Shown: piece by piece, positions 1-8,168 of the stretch | Layout of the letters: the number at the start of each line of letters is the position of its first letter | How positions within the stretch are numbered: position 1 is the first letter of the stretch | Program-made: the position numbers and the translations under genes | Assembly (NCBI GenBank): GCA_043808155.1 | Contig: JAZDFD010000007.1 | Location: 1 to 19,612 of the forward strand | Reading direction: 5' to 3' | DNA: 19,612 nucleotides | Source: Candidatus Iainarchaeum sp. | GTDB taxonomy: Archaea > Iainarchaeota > Iainarchaeia > Iainarchaeales > JAZDFD01 | Notes under the pieces: model-generated | The model's input: only the letters and a program-made list of their open reading frames with translations | What the model was told of the DNA's origin: nothing | Databases searched by the model: none

Positions 1-1983
1 TACAGTGGCTACAGAATTCCAGCAAAAACAACTTTCCGTGTTTTTGAAAAAATTAAAATTACCGATTATTCAAAAATACCCAACACTGAATTATTTGGTC
101 TCAGTGTAACTTATATTCCCAAAGGTGCCAACAATGAAAAAAAAGTAATAACTTCAAATAATGTAGTTTCATTAAGTTATGCATTTTCAGAAAGAAGAAA
201 ATTCCAGATTGAACTTCTTGCAGGAACACCGAATTATTGTTTAGGCGGAGACGGACAAGTTGGAGGAACAGGTGAAGGAATGGCACCGCGTGTTAAATTT
301 GACTGGGACTGGGATTCATGGGCAGGGCTAAAAAAAGTAGGTGACCCAACAGGTGTAAGCAACATAGGAAATATGATGTCCTGCGATAAAGAAGGCCCCA
401 ATGACAAGAAATTTTATTTTTGTGACCCTACGCAGTTCACAATAACTGTTGTTGAAAAACTGAAGTTATTAGAGAATGTTATTGAAAATTATAAAGACAA
501 AGAGCTGATTGAAGGCAAAGGGCAGGGTGAAGAATTAGTCACATACCTGACGCAATTCCAGACTTATTTAATAGGCGATAATTACAATGATGATTTTAAA
601 CAGGACTTTGTTAGTTATTATCTTTATGATCAATTTTATAGCACTCCTGATTATTTCAACCATCAGTGGTACAAATACCTTTACAATAATGGCACAAGCA
701 GAATAAGATTTCAGAACAGAACATATGACAACTGGGTCAGTCCTCCTGAATGGTTCACAGAAGACACAAGGATTGTTTCCGGACTTTACGATGTCACAAT
801 TAAAGTTAATTTTGATGACGGCGTAAACAGCAAATTTTTCATAAGTGGTGAGCCAACAACAAATATTACTGTTGAATTAGTAAAATCTTACGAATATAGT
901 GCACCCGTGAATCCATTATACTTCATGCCCTTCAATGGCAATGTCGGAATCAGCAGTGAAAATGGGCGTGTAGGATACGGCATAGCTTATACTTATGATC
1001 AACAACCATTAATTCTTACTGAAAAAAATCAGGAATCTTTTGAATTGAGATCAGGAACAATAAATGAACCTCTTTACACAGTCGAAACAAAAGTAGCAAA
1101 TACTTTCAATGAAGTGAACAAAGACCAAAGAGGCGCACTATTAACGATTAACATTTCAGATGAACCAACAAAGGCAGACACAGGCAAAGACGGAACAATC
1201 ATTTTTTCACCGTCAAAAGCAACACCTGTTTTTGTAGGTGCACTTTCAAATGGAAGTGAAGCCGGATTTTACTATTACATTACAAAAAATGGAGTGCCCT
1301 TAACCCCGCAAGTAACACTAAAAGATGATTTTATGACTTACTGGTCAGGAGATGCTGCAACTTATAATTGTGCAGATTTCGAAAATAAAAATCTCCCAAT
1401 AAACAGAGCAGACTCAAAATACCTCTCAACTGGCGGTGATAAATGTGCAGGCAGTTTATCAATTGAAGAATCCACAAATGCATTTGGTTTTAATTGGTCA
1501 GGATTCCCTGTATTTGAACCAGATCCTAAAGTAGTCATATTCCATACTATATTTTACACTCCCGATGAGCAGGCAGGGGCATATCAATTACACAATGCAT
1601 GCAGTGGCACTCTTGAAGACACAAGCTCAATTTTCTTAGTACCAACTGAAAGAACTGACGATGGCAAACCTGCATCAGGTGTTTGGGTTGGAAACGCAGA
1701 TAACAGAGTAATCCCATTAGAATATTCTTCACTTAACACCACAAACACAAATGGCACAAAAACAATTCAGCAGGTATTTGATTTAATCGAAGAAGAGCGT
1801 GCCTGTCTGACAGTTGAAAAAACAGAAGATACTTTTGAAATGAAAGTCTGGTGGAATGAAGCAAAATTAATTGATGAAACTGCTGTCTGGTGGAGAAATG
1901 AAGTAAAGTCAAGTACAGGCATCTTTGCAAATCTTAATACTTTCCTTAAAGAAGAACAACTCCAAGGCTGCGGAAGAACTTAA
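1..1983 (+). CDS. C-terminal ~660 aa of a large hypothetical, probably secreted/surface protein (5'-truncated by the window edge)
   Basis: Frame +1 is stop-free from base 1 (YSGYRIPAKTT...) through the track ORF 280..1983, so the ATG at 280 is internal. Rich in T/N/D/Y/W with several Cys (SCDKE...FYFCD, YNCAD, DKCAG, NACSG), like extracellular beta-rich proteins. Confidence 0.75.
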   Translation, partial: YSGYRIPAKTTFRVFEKIKITDYSKIPNTELFGLSVTYIPKGANNEKKVITSNNVVSLSYAFSERRKFQIELLAGTPNYCLGGDGQVGGTGEGMAPRVKFDWDWDSWAGLKKVGDPTGVSNIGNMMSCDKEGPNDKKFYFCDPTQFTITVVEKLKLLENVIENYKDKELIEGKGQGEELVTYLTQFQTYLIGDNYNDDFKQDFVSYYLYDQFYSTPDYFNHQWYKYLYNNGTSRIRFQNRTYDNWVSPPEWFTEDTRIVSGLYDVTIKVNFDDGVNSKFFISGEPTTNITVELVKSYEYSAPVNPLYFMPFNGNVGISSENGRVGYGIAYTYDQQPLILTEKNQESFELRSGTINEPLYTVETKVANTFNEVNKDQRGALLTINISDEPTKADTGKDGTIIFSPSKATPVFVGALSNGSEAGFYYYITKNGVPLTPQVTLKDDFMTYWSGDAATYNCADFENKNLPINRADSKYLSTGGDKCAGSLSIEESTNAFGFNWSGFPVFEPDPKVVIFHTIFYTPDEQAGAYQLHNACSGTLEDTSSIFLVPTERTDDGKPASGVWVGNADNRVIPLEYSSLNTTNTNGTKTIQQVFDLIEEERACLTVEKTEDTFEMKVWWNEAKLIDETAVWWRNEVKSSTGIFANLNTFLKEEQLQGCGRT

Positions 1984-2048
1984 ATAATGCCAAGCTTGTG
2001 AATGAACTTAAATAATTCTAAGCCTCTGCGGAAGAACTTAGATAATCC
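1963..2048. repeat. Three degenerate tandem copies of a 28-30 bp unit between convergent genes
   Basis: CAAGGCTGCGGAAGAACTTAAATAATGC (1963-1990), CAAGCTTGTGAATGAACTTAAATAATTC (1991-2018), TAAGCCTCTGCGGAAGAACTTAGATAATCC (2019-2048). Confidence 0.8.
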
Positions 2049-2814
2049 TAAAATAATACAAAAGCAGTACTGCAATAACTAAAAGCACAATTGCAATCAA
2101 AATCCCCGCAGGACTTAACTTAATTTCAGTGGCTTTTCGTTTTCTTTCTTTTTTAATTTCTTTAACTTCCTTTTTTCCAGAACCAGCAACAATTTCTTTA
2201 GTATATTTTAACCATGCACCAGGATTTTTAAGTTCTTCAAGAGTCTCTTCTGTAATTTCCAAAAATCCTTTCTCGCGTACAGGAACTTTCTCTAAACCAA
2301 ACACTTTCCCGTTAATTGCACTGATTTTAATTTTGAAAGTGCCTTCAGCAACAGTAACATACACTGCCCAAAAAGGAACGTAAATTTCCCTCATCCCAGT
2401 GATGATTATATTATATCTCGGAATTTCCAGTTCCTTTGCAAGAAGCGATTGTGAAATTTTCACTGCAGATTTTTCGTCAAGCAGATTTTCAATTATTTTT
2501 GGAGAATAATTTTTTGCTTCATCTTTTCCCAATTCAGCATCTAATTTATCAAACTCTGATGCAATTTCATAATTAAGTTCTCTTGTTACTGTATTAAGTG
2601 CATGGAAACCAGATTTTGTTTCCTTAACAAGTTTATCATCTTTTGTGTGCTCTTCAGAAAAAGAATCAGAATTGAATAAAAGAAATGGCACATATTCTAA
2701 TGCAACATCTCCAGTGTCAAATTTGTGCCAGTTTTTTTCCTTCAAAAGCTTCTCAAGAAGTTTCATAACTTCTTCTAAAGCAAAGGCAACAGGGAATGTC
2801 GGGTGATCCAACAT
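2038..2814 (-). CDS. Hypothetical protein with a C-terminal transmembrane anchor
   Basis: 258 aa ORF ending in a hydrophobic helix (GILIAIVLLVIAVLLLYYF) preceded by a basic stretch. Starts 7 bp after the sepF stop. Confidence 0.8.
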   Translation of the reverse strand: MLDHPTFPVAFALEEVMKLLEKLLKEKNWHKFDTGDVALEYVPFLLFNSDSFSEEHTKDDKLVKETKSGFHALNTVTRELNYEIASEFDKLDAELGKDEAKNYSPKIIENLLDEKSAVKISQSLLAKELEIPRYNIIITGMREIYVPFWAVYVTVAEGTFKIKISAINGKVFGLEKVPVREKGFLEITEETLEELKNPGAWLKYTKEIVAGSGKKEVKEIKKERKRKATEIKLSPAGILIAIVLLVIAVLLLYYFRII

Positions 2815-2821
2815 TTTAACC

Positions 2822-3181
2822 CTATCTTGAATTTTTTTGCTTTATGATTTTGACTCTGCTTGGAGTTACTAACACTCTTTCATGTGAAATCCTTGCAATG
2901 TCGCCATCAATTGAACTGACTTCGTTTTTTATTAAAGTAATCATTTCCTTTAATCTTATTGCATTTCTTTTTGAAATGTCTCCAATGTCGATAAGAACAA
3001 TATTCCCCTGCTTTGCTTCGCCTACAATTGCTTTAGCATCCTCGGGTGTGTTAAGGTTGAAAGGCTTTACAAAAGCATCTGCATTATCATATAATGTTTC
3101 TTCCTCAACATCCATATTATTCAAAAATTCTTCAATGTCAACATTTGCGTCTTTTTTTACCATTTTGTCTAAAAAAGCCAT
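2822..3181 (-). CDS. sepF: Archaeal cell division protein SepF (DUF552 family)
   Basis: 119 aa with an amphipathic N-terminus (MAFLDKM), GNIVLIDI, IDGDIARI and VLVTPSRVKI motifs. SD-like GGGGTGA upstream. Confidence 0.88.
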   Translation of the reverse strand: MAFLDKMVKKDANVDIEEFLNNMDVEEETLYDNADAFVKPFNLNTPEDAKAIVGEAKQGNIVLIDIGDISKRNAIRLKEMITLIKNEVSSIDGDIARISHERVLVTPSRVKIIKQKNSR

Positions 3182-3372
3182 GATTAAATCACCCCGCTCC
3201 GATAATAATACTTCGTCTATAATGTTATTTAAAGCCTATTGTCAGTATTACCTACATAACAAAGAAGTATGAAAACCAAATCACATTATCGGAATAGGTT
3301 CACTTCCACAACTCACTATTTTTTTAATTGAATTGCACGCTAATACATATACTTTTTTTGAGGGGCTGAGAA

Positions 3373-4581
3373 ATGGAAAGTAATGTAAAGAGCATTTTTG
3401 AACAGGAATTAAAGCGGAAATCTGTTTTCAAGGATAGAAATCTAATAAATCCCCATTATATCCCACAAGTTCTTCCATTTCGTGAATCCCAAATTCAGGT
3501 AATTGGCTCAATGCTTGCTGTTACAATCTCTGGAAAAAAACCAAATAACATTTTCATTTACGGAACAACTGGTTCAGGAAAAACCTCTGTAACAAAACAT
3601 GTTCTGAATGAACTAATCAGTTTTGCAAAAGAAAAAAATGCATATGTTGACGGAGTATATGTGAACTGCAGAAATCACAACTCAAAATACAGGACACTAA
3701 TAAAATGTGTAAAAGAATTCTATCCTGAACAAAATTTTCTTGGATTCTCAGTGGGTTTCATTTATGATAAACTTTTAGATTATGCAAACACAGGCAAACA
3801 GGTAATAATTGTGCTTGATGAAATTGATAAAATAAAAGACATTGATGAATTAGTTTATTCACTCGTACGTGCAAATGACGAACTCCCAAAAGGGTCAATC
3901 ACACTGATAGGCATTTCTAATAATCTCTTGTTTAAAGACAAGTTAGACAAAAGAAGCAAAAGTTCATTATGTCAGCATGAAATGATTTTCCCACCATATA
4001 ATGCTGATGAACTTCAGGAAATTCTCACTCAAAGAGTAAAACTTGCATTTAACGAAAATGTAGTAACAGAGTCTGCAATAAATTTAGCATCTGCTTATGC
4101 TGCAAAAGAATCAGGTGATGCAAGAACTGCAATAATGCTGCTTCTGAAAGCAGGGGAACTTTCAGACAGGAAAAACATTGATAAAGTAACTGATTTGGAA
4201 GTCGAAAAAGCAAGAAAAAAAGTAGAGGAAGAAATAACATTCAATATGATTTCATCTCTTCCAAAACAACAACAGTTAGTTCTTTACACAATTGCATGTT
4301 TAACTGTAGACAAAAAGGGCACCAGAAAAATTGGAAGTGAATACGAAACTGTTCTCTTTTCAGGCGAAATTTATGATGAGTACACAATAGTCGCAAAAAA
4401 ATTAAATGAAAATGTCGTAAGTTCACGATGGTATAGGGAATACATTTCCGAATTAGAAATGTACGGACTGATTATAACAACTGCCTCGGGAAAAGGAATC
4501 AGAGGTTCAACAAGATTAATAAAATTAGGTTTTGATGCAAAGAAAATAAAATCTGCTTTAGAAACTGAACTTTCAAATTAA
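3373..4581 (+). CDS. cdc6: Orc1/Cdc6 replication initiator (AAA+ ATPase plus winged helix)
   Basis: Walker A GTTGSGKT, YVNC, Walker B VLDEID, FPPYNADEL, GDAR sensor, and C-terminal ELEMYGLI...GKGIRGSTR wHTH. Confidence 0.96.
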   Translation: MESNVKSIFEQELKRKSVFKDRNLINPHYIPQVLPFRESQIQVIGSMLAVTISGKKPNNIFIYGTTGSGKTSVTKHVLNELISFAKEKNAYVDGVYVNCRNHNSKYRTLIKCVKEFYPEQNFLGFSVGFIYDKLLDYANTGKQVIIVLDEIDKIKDIDELVYSLVRANDELPKGSITLIGISNNLLFKDKLDKRSKSSLCQHEMIFPPYNADELQEILTQRVKLAFNENVVTESAINLASAYAAKESGDARTAIMLLLKAGELSDRKNIDKVTDLEVEKARKKVEEEITFNMISSLPKQQQLVLYTIACLTVDKKGTRKIGSEYETVLFSGEIYDEYTIVAKKLNENVVSSRWYREYISELEMYGLIITTASGKGIRGSTRLIKLGFDAKKIKSALETELSN

Positions 4582-4601
4582 ACAAACTATGGCAAATTTT
4601 T

Positions 4602-7600
4602 CTAAACAAACTCTAATAGACTCTTCTGTTTATCGTCTTTTGTAATATTTGTCTCATCGACATACCCTGCAAATATTGAATCTATCTCATCAGAGATCAA
4701 ATCAATTCTTTGTTTCAAATAGTCTCCTAATTCATAATCATAAATCATCTTTCTTGCAATCTCAAGATATTTTCTTACTGATCCCTGTGCAATTGTAAGA
4801 ATTATTTTATCTTTTCCGCATTTAGTACACTTTCCATTCAGCGGAATACGCCGGTATTTTGTATTGCAGTTAGTGCATCTGAAAGTCTGCCTTGAGAATG
4901 CACGTGCGTTTCCTATAATATCTGGGAAGAAATGTGTTGCAAGTACTCTTTCCAATGCATCTTTACTGTCAACCGCACTTATTGAATTTTGCAGTTCTGC
5001 CTGCGCTTTCATTTTGCCTTCCATTGTTGTGAGCTGTACATATCTCGATATTGAAGGTCCATCATCAAACGCATTTGTTTCGTGAGTATAACCAAGGCCA
5101 CTGTATTGTTTTTTATCATCTAATCTGTTTTTTACAAACTCAAGCCCAGAATCATCTGCCTTATAAAATTTCTCTGCTTTTTCATAAAATTCAAGCGGAT
5201 AGTCAAAACATGTTTCCATAAGATGAACTTCCTCATCAATTTCTGTTGGATTAAGTGCAACTGTAAAAACTAATGGTGCATCCATTCTGCCACCACGTGA
5301 ACTTGGTAAATAACTCTGTGAAAAATTAACCAATCCATCCATCAGCAGCATTATTGAATCCTGATCTCCATCAATGTTTCTTCTTTTAGTTTGATGAAAA
5401 TAAGGGTGTGCGAAACAAACTCTTGATTTTGTAAACCCAATCACTCTGCCAATAATTCCTGCAGATGTGTGCGGTGCAAGTCCCAAAAAAAGCTCGTCAA
5501 TAAGTTCTTCCCGAGAAGACATATTAAACACAGGGGGCAGTTTGTAAAATCTTTCCATTAATTCATCCATGAACTGAGTTACTGAAACAAAAAAGTCACC
5601 TGCTTTATCATGTATTATCATATCCTGCGGAAAAATTTCCAGCATTTGCTCATCACTTTCAATTGGATTTCCATGTATATCTTTCACATAACCAAGTTTT
5701 TTTACTGCTTCAACACTAAGTTTAATTTCTTTTGGTTTAAAGTGTGTAAGAGGCGCATTAATCAGTTCATATCTTATTGTTCCGTCTCTGAAAATATGTA
5801 CATTATGTCTTGCTCTAATAATTCCTTTTTCTAATGGTTCACATATTTTATCTGCGTTTATGATTCCTTTAACACCTTTTACAAGTTCCGGCATTCTGAC
5901 ACCAAGATTTTCTTCAGCATGTGAAATTATTTCTGAAAGATCAATTTGTCTTTTAGAAAAATGAGATATGTCTGTTCCGCATTTCGGACATTTCTTTTCA
6001 TTACTTTTGATTTTGCATTTTGGACAGCTTCCGACTAAAACAGTTCTCTCTCCGCATTCCAAACACCAAGAACCATAATTTATTTTTCCGCATTTCGGAC
6101 ATTTGAATTCCGCAATCTCTATGTCTAATTTTGTGTTTTTTTCGTCTATTTTTGACATTGCTTTATTTATCGAACGTGTATTTGTGCCCCATAATCCAAT
6201 AGGAAATAAAACATTAGGATTACCAATCATTTTTCTCGGTCTTGATGCTTCAGGCCTTCCCATTCTTGCGCCAATCCAAGTTCCAGCTTTATCTCTTATT
6301 TCAAGACCTGAAATTTTGCTCAATACCTGATGAATATTTTTAGATTCCAAATCTTCTGCACTTAGTTTTCCTTTTCCTTTCAAAACACCAAATGTTTTCA
6401 GAAGAGGGTAAGCATATTCTTCGTCAATAACAATTTTTTCATTTTCAACTGAATGTGGCAATCCAATATTTTCAAAAATTTCTTTTATCTCTTCATTAGT
6501 GTCAATTTCAATTCCAACAATTTTTGAATGTTCCTCAATTTTTCTGCCCTCATTTAATGCAGAAATAATTTCTTTTAAATCTTCTAATTTAATCGCACTG
6601 TAATAATGCAAAAATTTTGGATTTAAAGGTACGCTGTATTTTTCAGAAAGTTCAACTGCTTCATATGGTTCTGTTTTTTCAGGATTTTTAATCAGTTCCT
6701 TAATTCTCTCAGTCTTATGTTCAATTTTTTTCTCAATTTCCTTTGCCCACCATTCCTCACAGTAACCTGCAGGAACTAAAGAATGTGCTGAGTAATTAAA
6801 ATCCCCTACTGCCACTAATAAATCGCCAATGAACAGAATTTTTTCGAAATCATTTCTCATTCCAATTGCTTCTTCTGCTGTTTTTATTTTCACAACATTT
6901 CCATTTTTTAATTTAACAATCGGACCTTCAATTGAATCAACAGCAGCCATACCTGCAGCTTTCCCTGGACGTTCAACTTTAATTTGTGTTCCAACAGCAA
7001 TAAACTCATCTAATGCATACATTGTTGCGGGACTGCATCCTTTGCCCATTATGCCCATGTTACGCCCTCTGCCATATCTCAATCGGAATCCCCCAATTCG
7101 TGAAGGATATGCAAAAATAGGCCTTCCCGCAGCTGTACCTATCAAATATTTTTCATTTGGTTTAATTCCTTTTTCCTGAGAATCTGATTTCCCAACCTTG
7201 ATAATATCTTCAAGCCAGTCCCAGTCAAGTTTAAGCATTCTGCTGAACTTTAGAATTTTTTTTGCTTTTAGTGCAATTCCGTCACTCACAACAAGGCACA
7301 TTCCACCGCGAACTTTATTAGTTGGAATTCTTTTCAGGTCTCTGTTTAATGAAACTTCCCGATCTTCTGTTGGTTCGCCATTTATGCAAACCGGACATCC
7401 GCGTACAATTTTTTTGATTTCATCTTCTGAAATTTTATATTGACGCGAGTAAATTTCCTCGTAAATTAAAACTTCTTCAGCATATCTTTTAACTTCATCT
7501 TCTGTTGGTTTATATCTGTCTAATCCCATTAGTACGCGTGCGTAATCACCAAGAATTAATGGTAAAACTGCAGATGTTCCCCCTGCTGCTCTGATAGGAC

Positions 7601-8051
7601 CTGCATAATAAATGTCAATATATTTACTTCCATCGGGATTTGAATTAATTTCAACTCTTGGCACACCATCAAGAGGTGCAACAACAACTCCCTCTGTGTT
7701 CAGAACAAGAGCAGTTTTAATTGCCTGCGTAATTCTTTCGGCATCGTCTGGAATTTTATACCATTCCTGCTCAATTAGTTCTTTAAAAATTTTAAAAATT
7801 GTAAGTTCTCTGTTATTTTTCATTTCTTTCATTACTGTTCTGTAACGTGCCCCAATTCCCGGAGGTCCGATAATTGTTTCAGTTCTGTCTGCCAAATCCA
7901 GTGCAGGTGTTGTTTCAATATCTGTGCTTATGTCTAATCCTTTTTCTTTTGCTTCTTTTGCAATATTGTAATTGTCAGACATTTTTTCTGCAAGATGTTC
8001 ATAATATTTTTTTACAGAGTCTTCTGCTTTTACATTGACTTTGAAATTCAT
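4602..8051 (-). CDS. polC: DNA polymerase D large subunit DP2 (no intein)
   Basis: YYAGPIRAAGGT, GGFRLRYGRGRN, IGARMGRPE, FRDGTIRY, GLAPHTSAG, KRRNIDGDQD, RGGRMDAPL and CxxC zinc fingers. Start placed at ATG 8051 (MNFKV) after SD-like GAGGCG; the track start at 8090 lies inside the IS left end. Confidence 0.97.
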   Translation of the reverse strand: MNFKVNVKAEDSVKKYYEHLAEKMSDNYNIAKEAKEKGLDISTDIETTPALDLADRTETIIGPPGIGARYRTVMKEMKNNRELTIFKIFKELIEQEWYKIPDDAERITQAIKTALVLNTEGVVVAPLDGVPRVEINSNPDGSKYIDIYYAGPIRAAGGTSAVLPLILGDYARVLMGLDRYKPTEDEVKRYAEEVLIYEEIYSRQYKISEDEIKKIVRGCPVCINGEPTEDREVSLNRDLKRIPTNKVRGGMCLVVSDGIALKAKKILKFSRMLKLDWDWLEDIIKVGKSDSQEKGIKPNEKYLIGTAAGRPIFAYPSRIGGFRLRYGRGRNMGIMGKGCSPATMYALDEFIAVGTQIKVERPGKAAGMAAVDSIEGPIVKLKNGNVVKIKTAEEAIGMRNDFEKILFIGDLLVAVGDFNYSAHSLVPAGYCEEWWAKEIEKKIEHKTERIKELIKNPEKTEPYEAVELSEKYSVPLNPKFLHYYSAIKLEDLKEIISALNEGRKIEEHSKIVGIEIDTNEEIKEIFENIGLPHSVENEKIVIDEEYAYPLLKTFGVLKGKGKLSAEDLESKNIHQVLSKISGLEIRDKAGTWIGARMGRPEASRPRKMIGNPNVLFPIGLWGTNTRSINKAMSKIDEKNTKLDIEIAEFKCPKCGKINYGSWCLECGERTVLVGSCPKCKIKSNEKKCPKCGTDISHFSKRQIDLSEIISHAEENLGVRMPELVKGVKGIINADKICEPLEKGIIRARHNVHIFRDGTIRYELINAPLTHFKPKEIKLSVEAVKKLGYVKDIHGNPIESDEQMLEIFPQDMIIHDKAGDFFVSVTQFMDELMERFYKLPPVFNMSSREELIDELFLGLAPHTSAGIIGRVIGFTKSRVCFAHPYFHQTKRRNIDGDQDSIMLLMDGLVNFSQSYLPSSRGGRMDAPLVFTVALNPTEIDEEVHLMETCFDYPLEFYEKAEKFYKADDSGLEFVKNRLDDKKQYSGLGYTHETNAFDDGPSISRYVQLTTMEGKMKAQAELQNSISAVDSKDALERVLATHFFPDIIGNARAFSRQTFRCTNCNTKYRRIPLNGKCTKCGKDKIILTIAQGSVRKYLEIARKMIYDYELGDYLKQRIDLISDEIDSIFAGYVDETNITKDDKQKSLLEFV

Positions 8052-8151
8052 CAAAACCGCCTCAAGGATCTTGTGGTTCTCAGGAACCACGAGACATTAA
8101 GCGCTTTCAGCGCTTCACATACCCACAAATTTATTCGTGGGATGAATTGAG

Positions 8152-8165
8152 GCAAACCTTTAAAG
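8152..8165 (+). promoter_or_regulatory. Putative BRE/TATA promoter for tnpB
   Basis: GCAAACCTTTAAAG, with the TATA ~22-28 nt upstream of the in-frame TTG at 8187, which is leaderless-mRNA spacing. Confidence 0.45.
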
Positions 8166-8168
8166 TGA

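Noticed and set aside
1963-2048. Mini CRISPR array
   Set aside because: The units are contiguous and similar along their whole length, with no unique spacers.
4864-7845. Plus-strand track ORFs inside DP2, and similar short antisense ORFs in sepF, cdc6, DP1, secD, carS, rps3ae and rps15
   Set aside because: Short shadow ORFs opposite well-supported genes, with no motifs.
8052-8090. N-terminal extension of DP2 in the ORF track (likewise the extended starts of rps15, carS, UPF0147 and NOG1)
   Set aside because: Upstream in-frame codons fall in IS or intergenic sequence; downstream ATGs with SD-like sites fit better.
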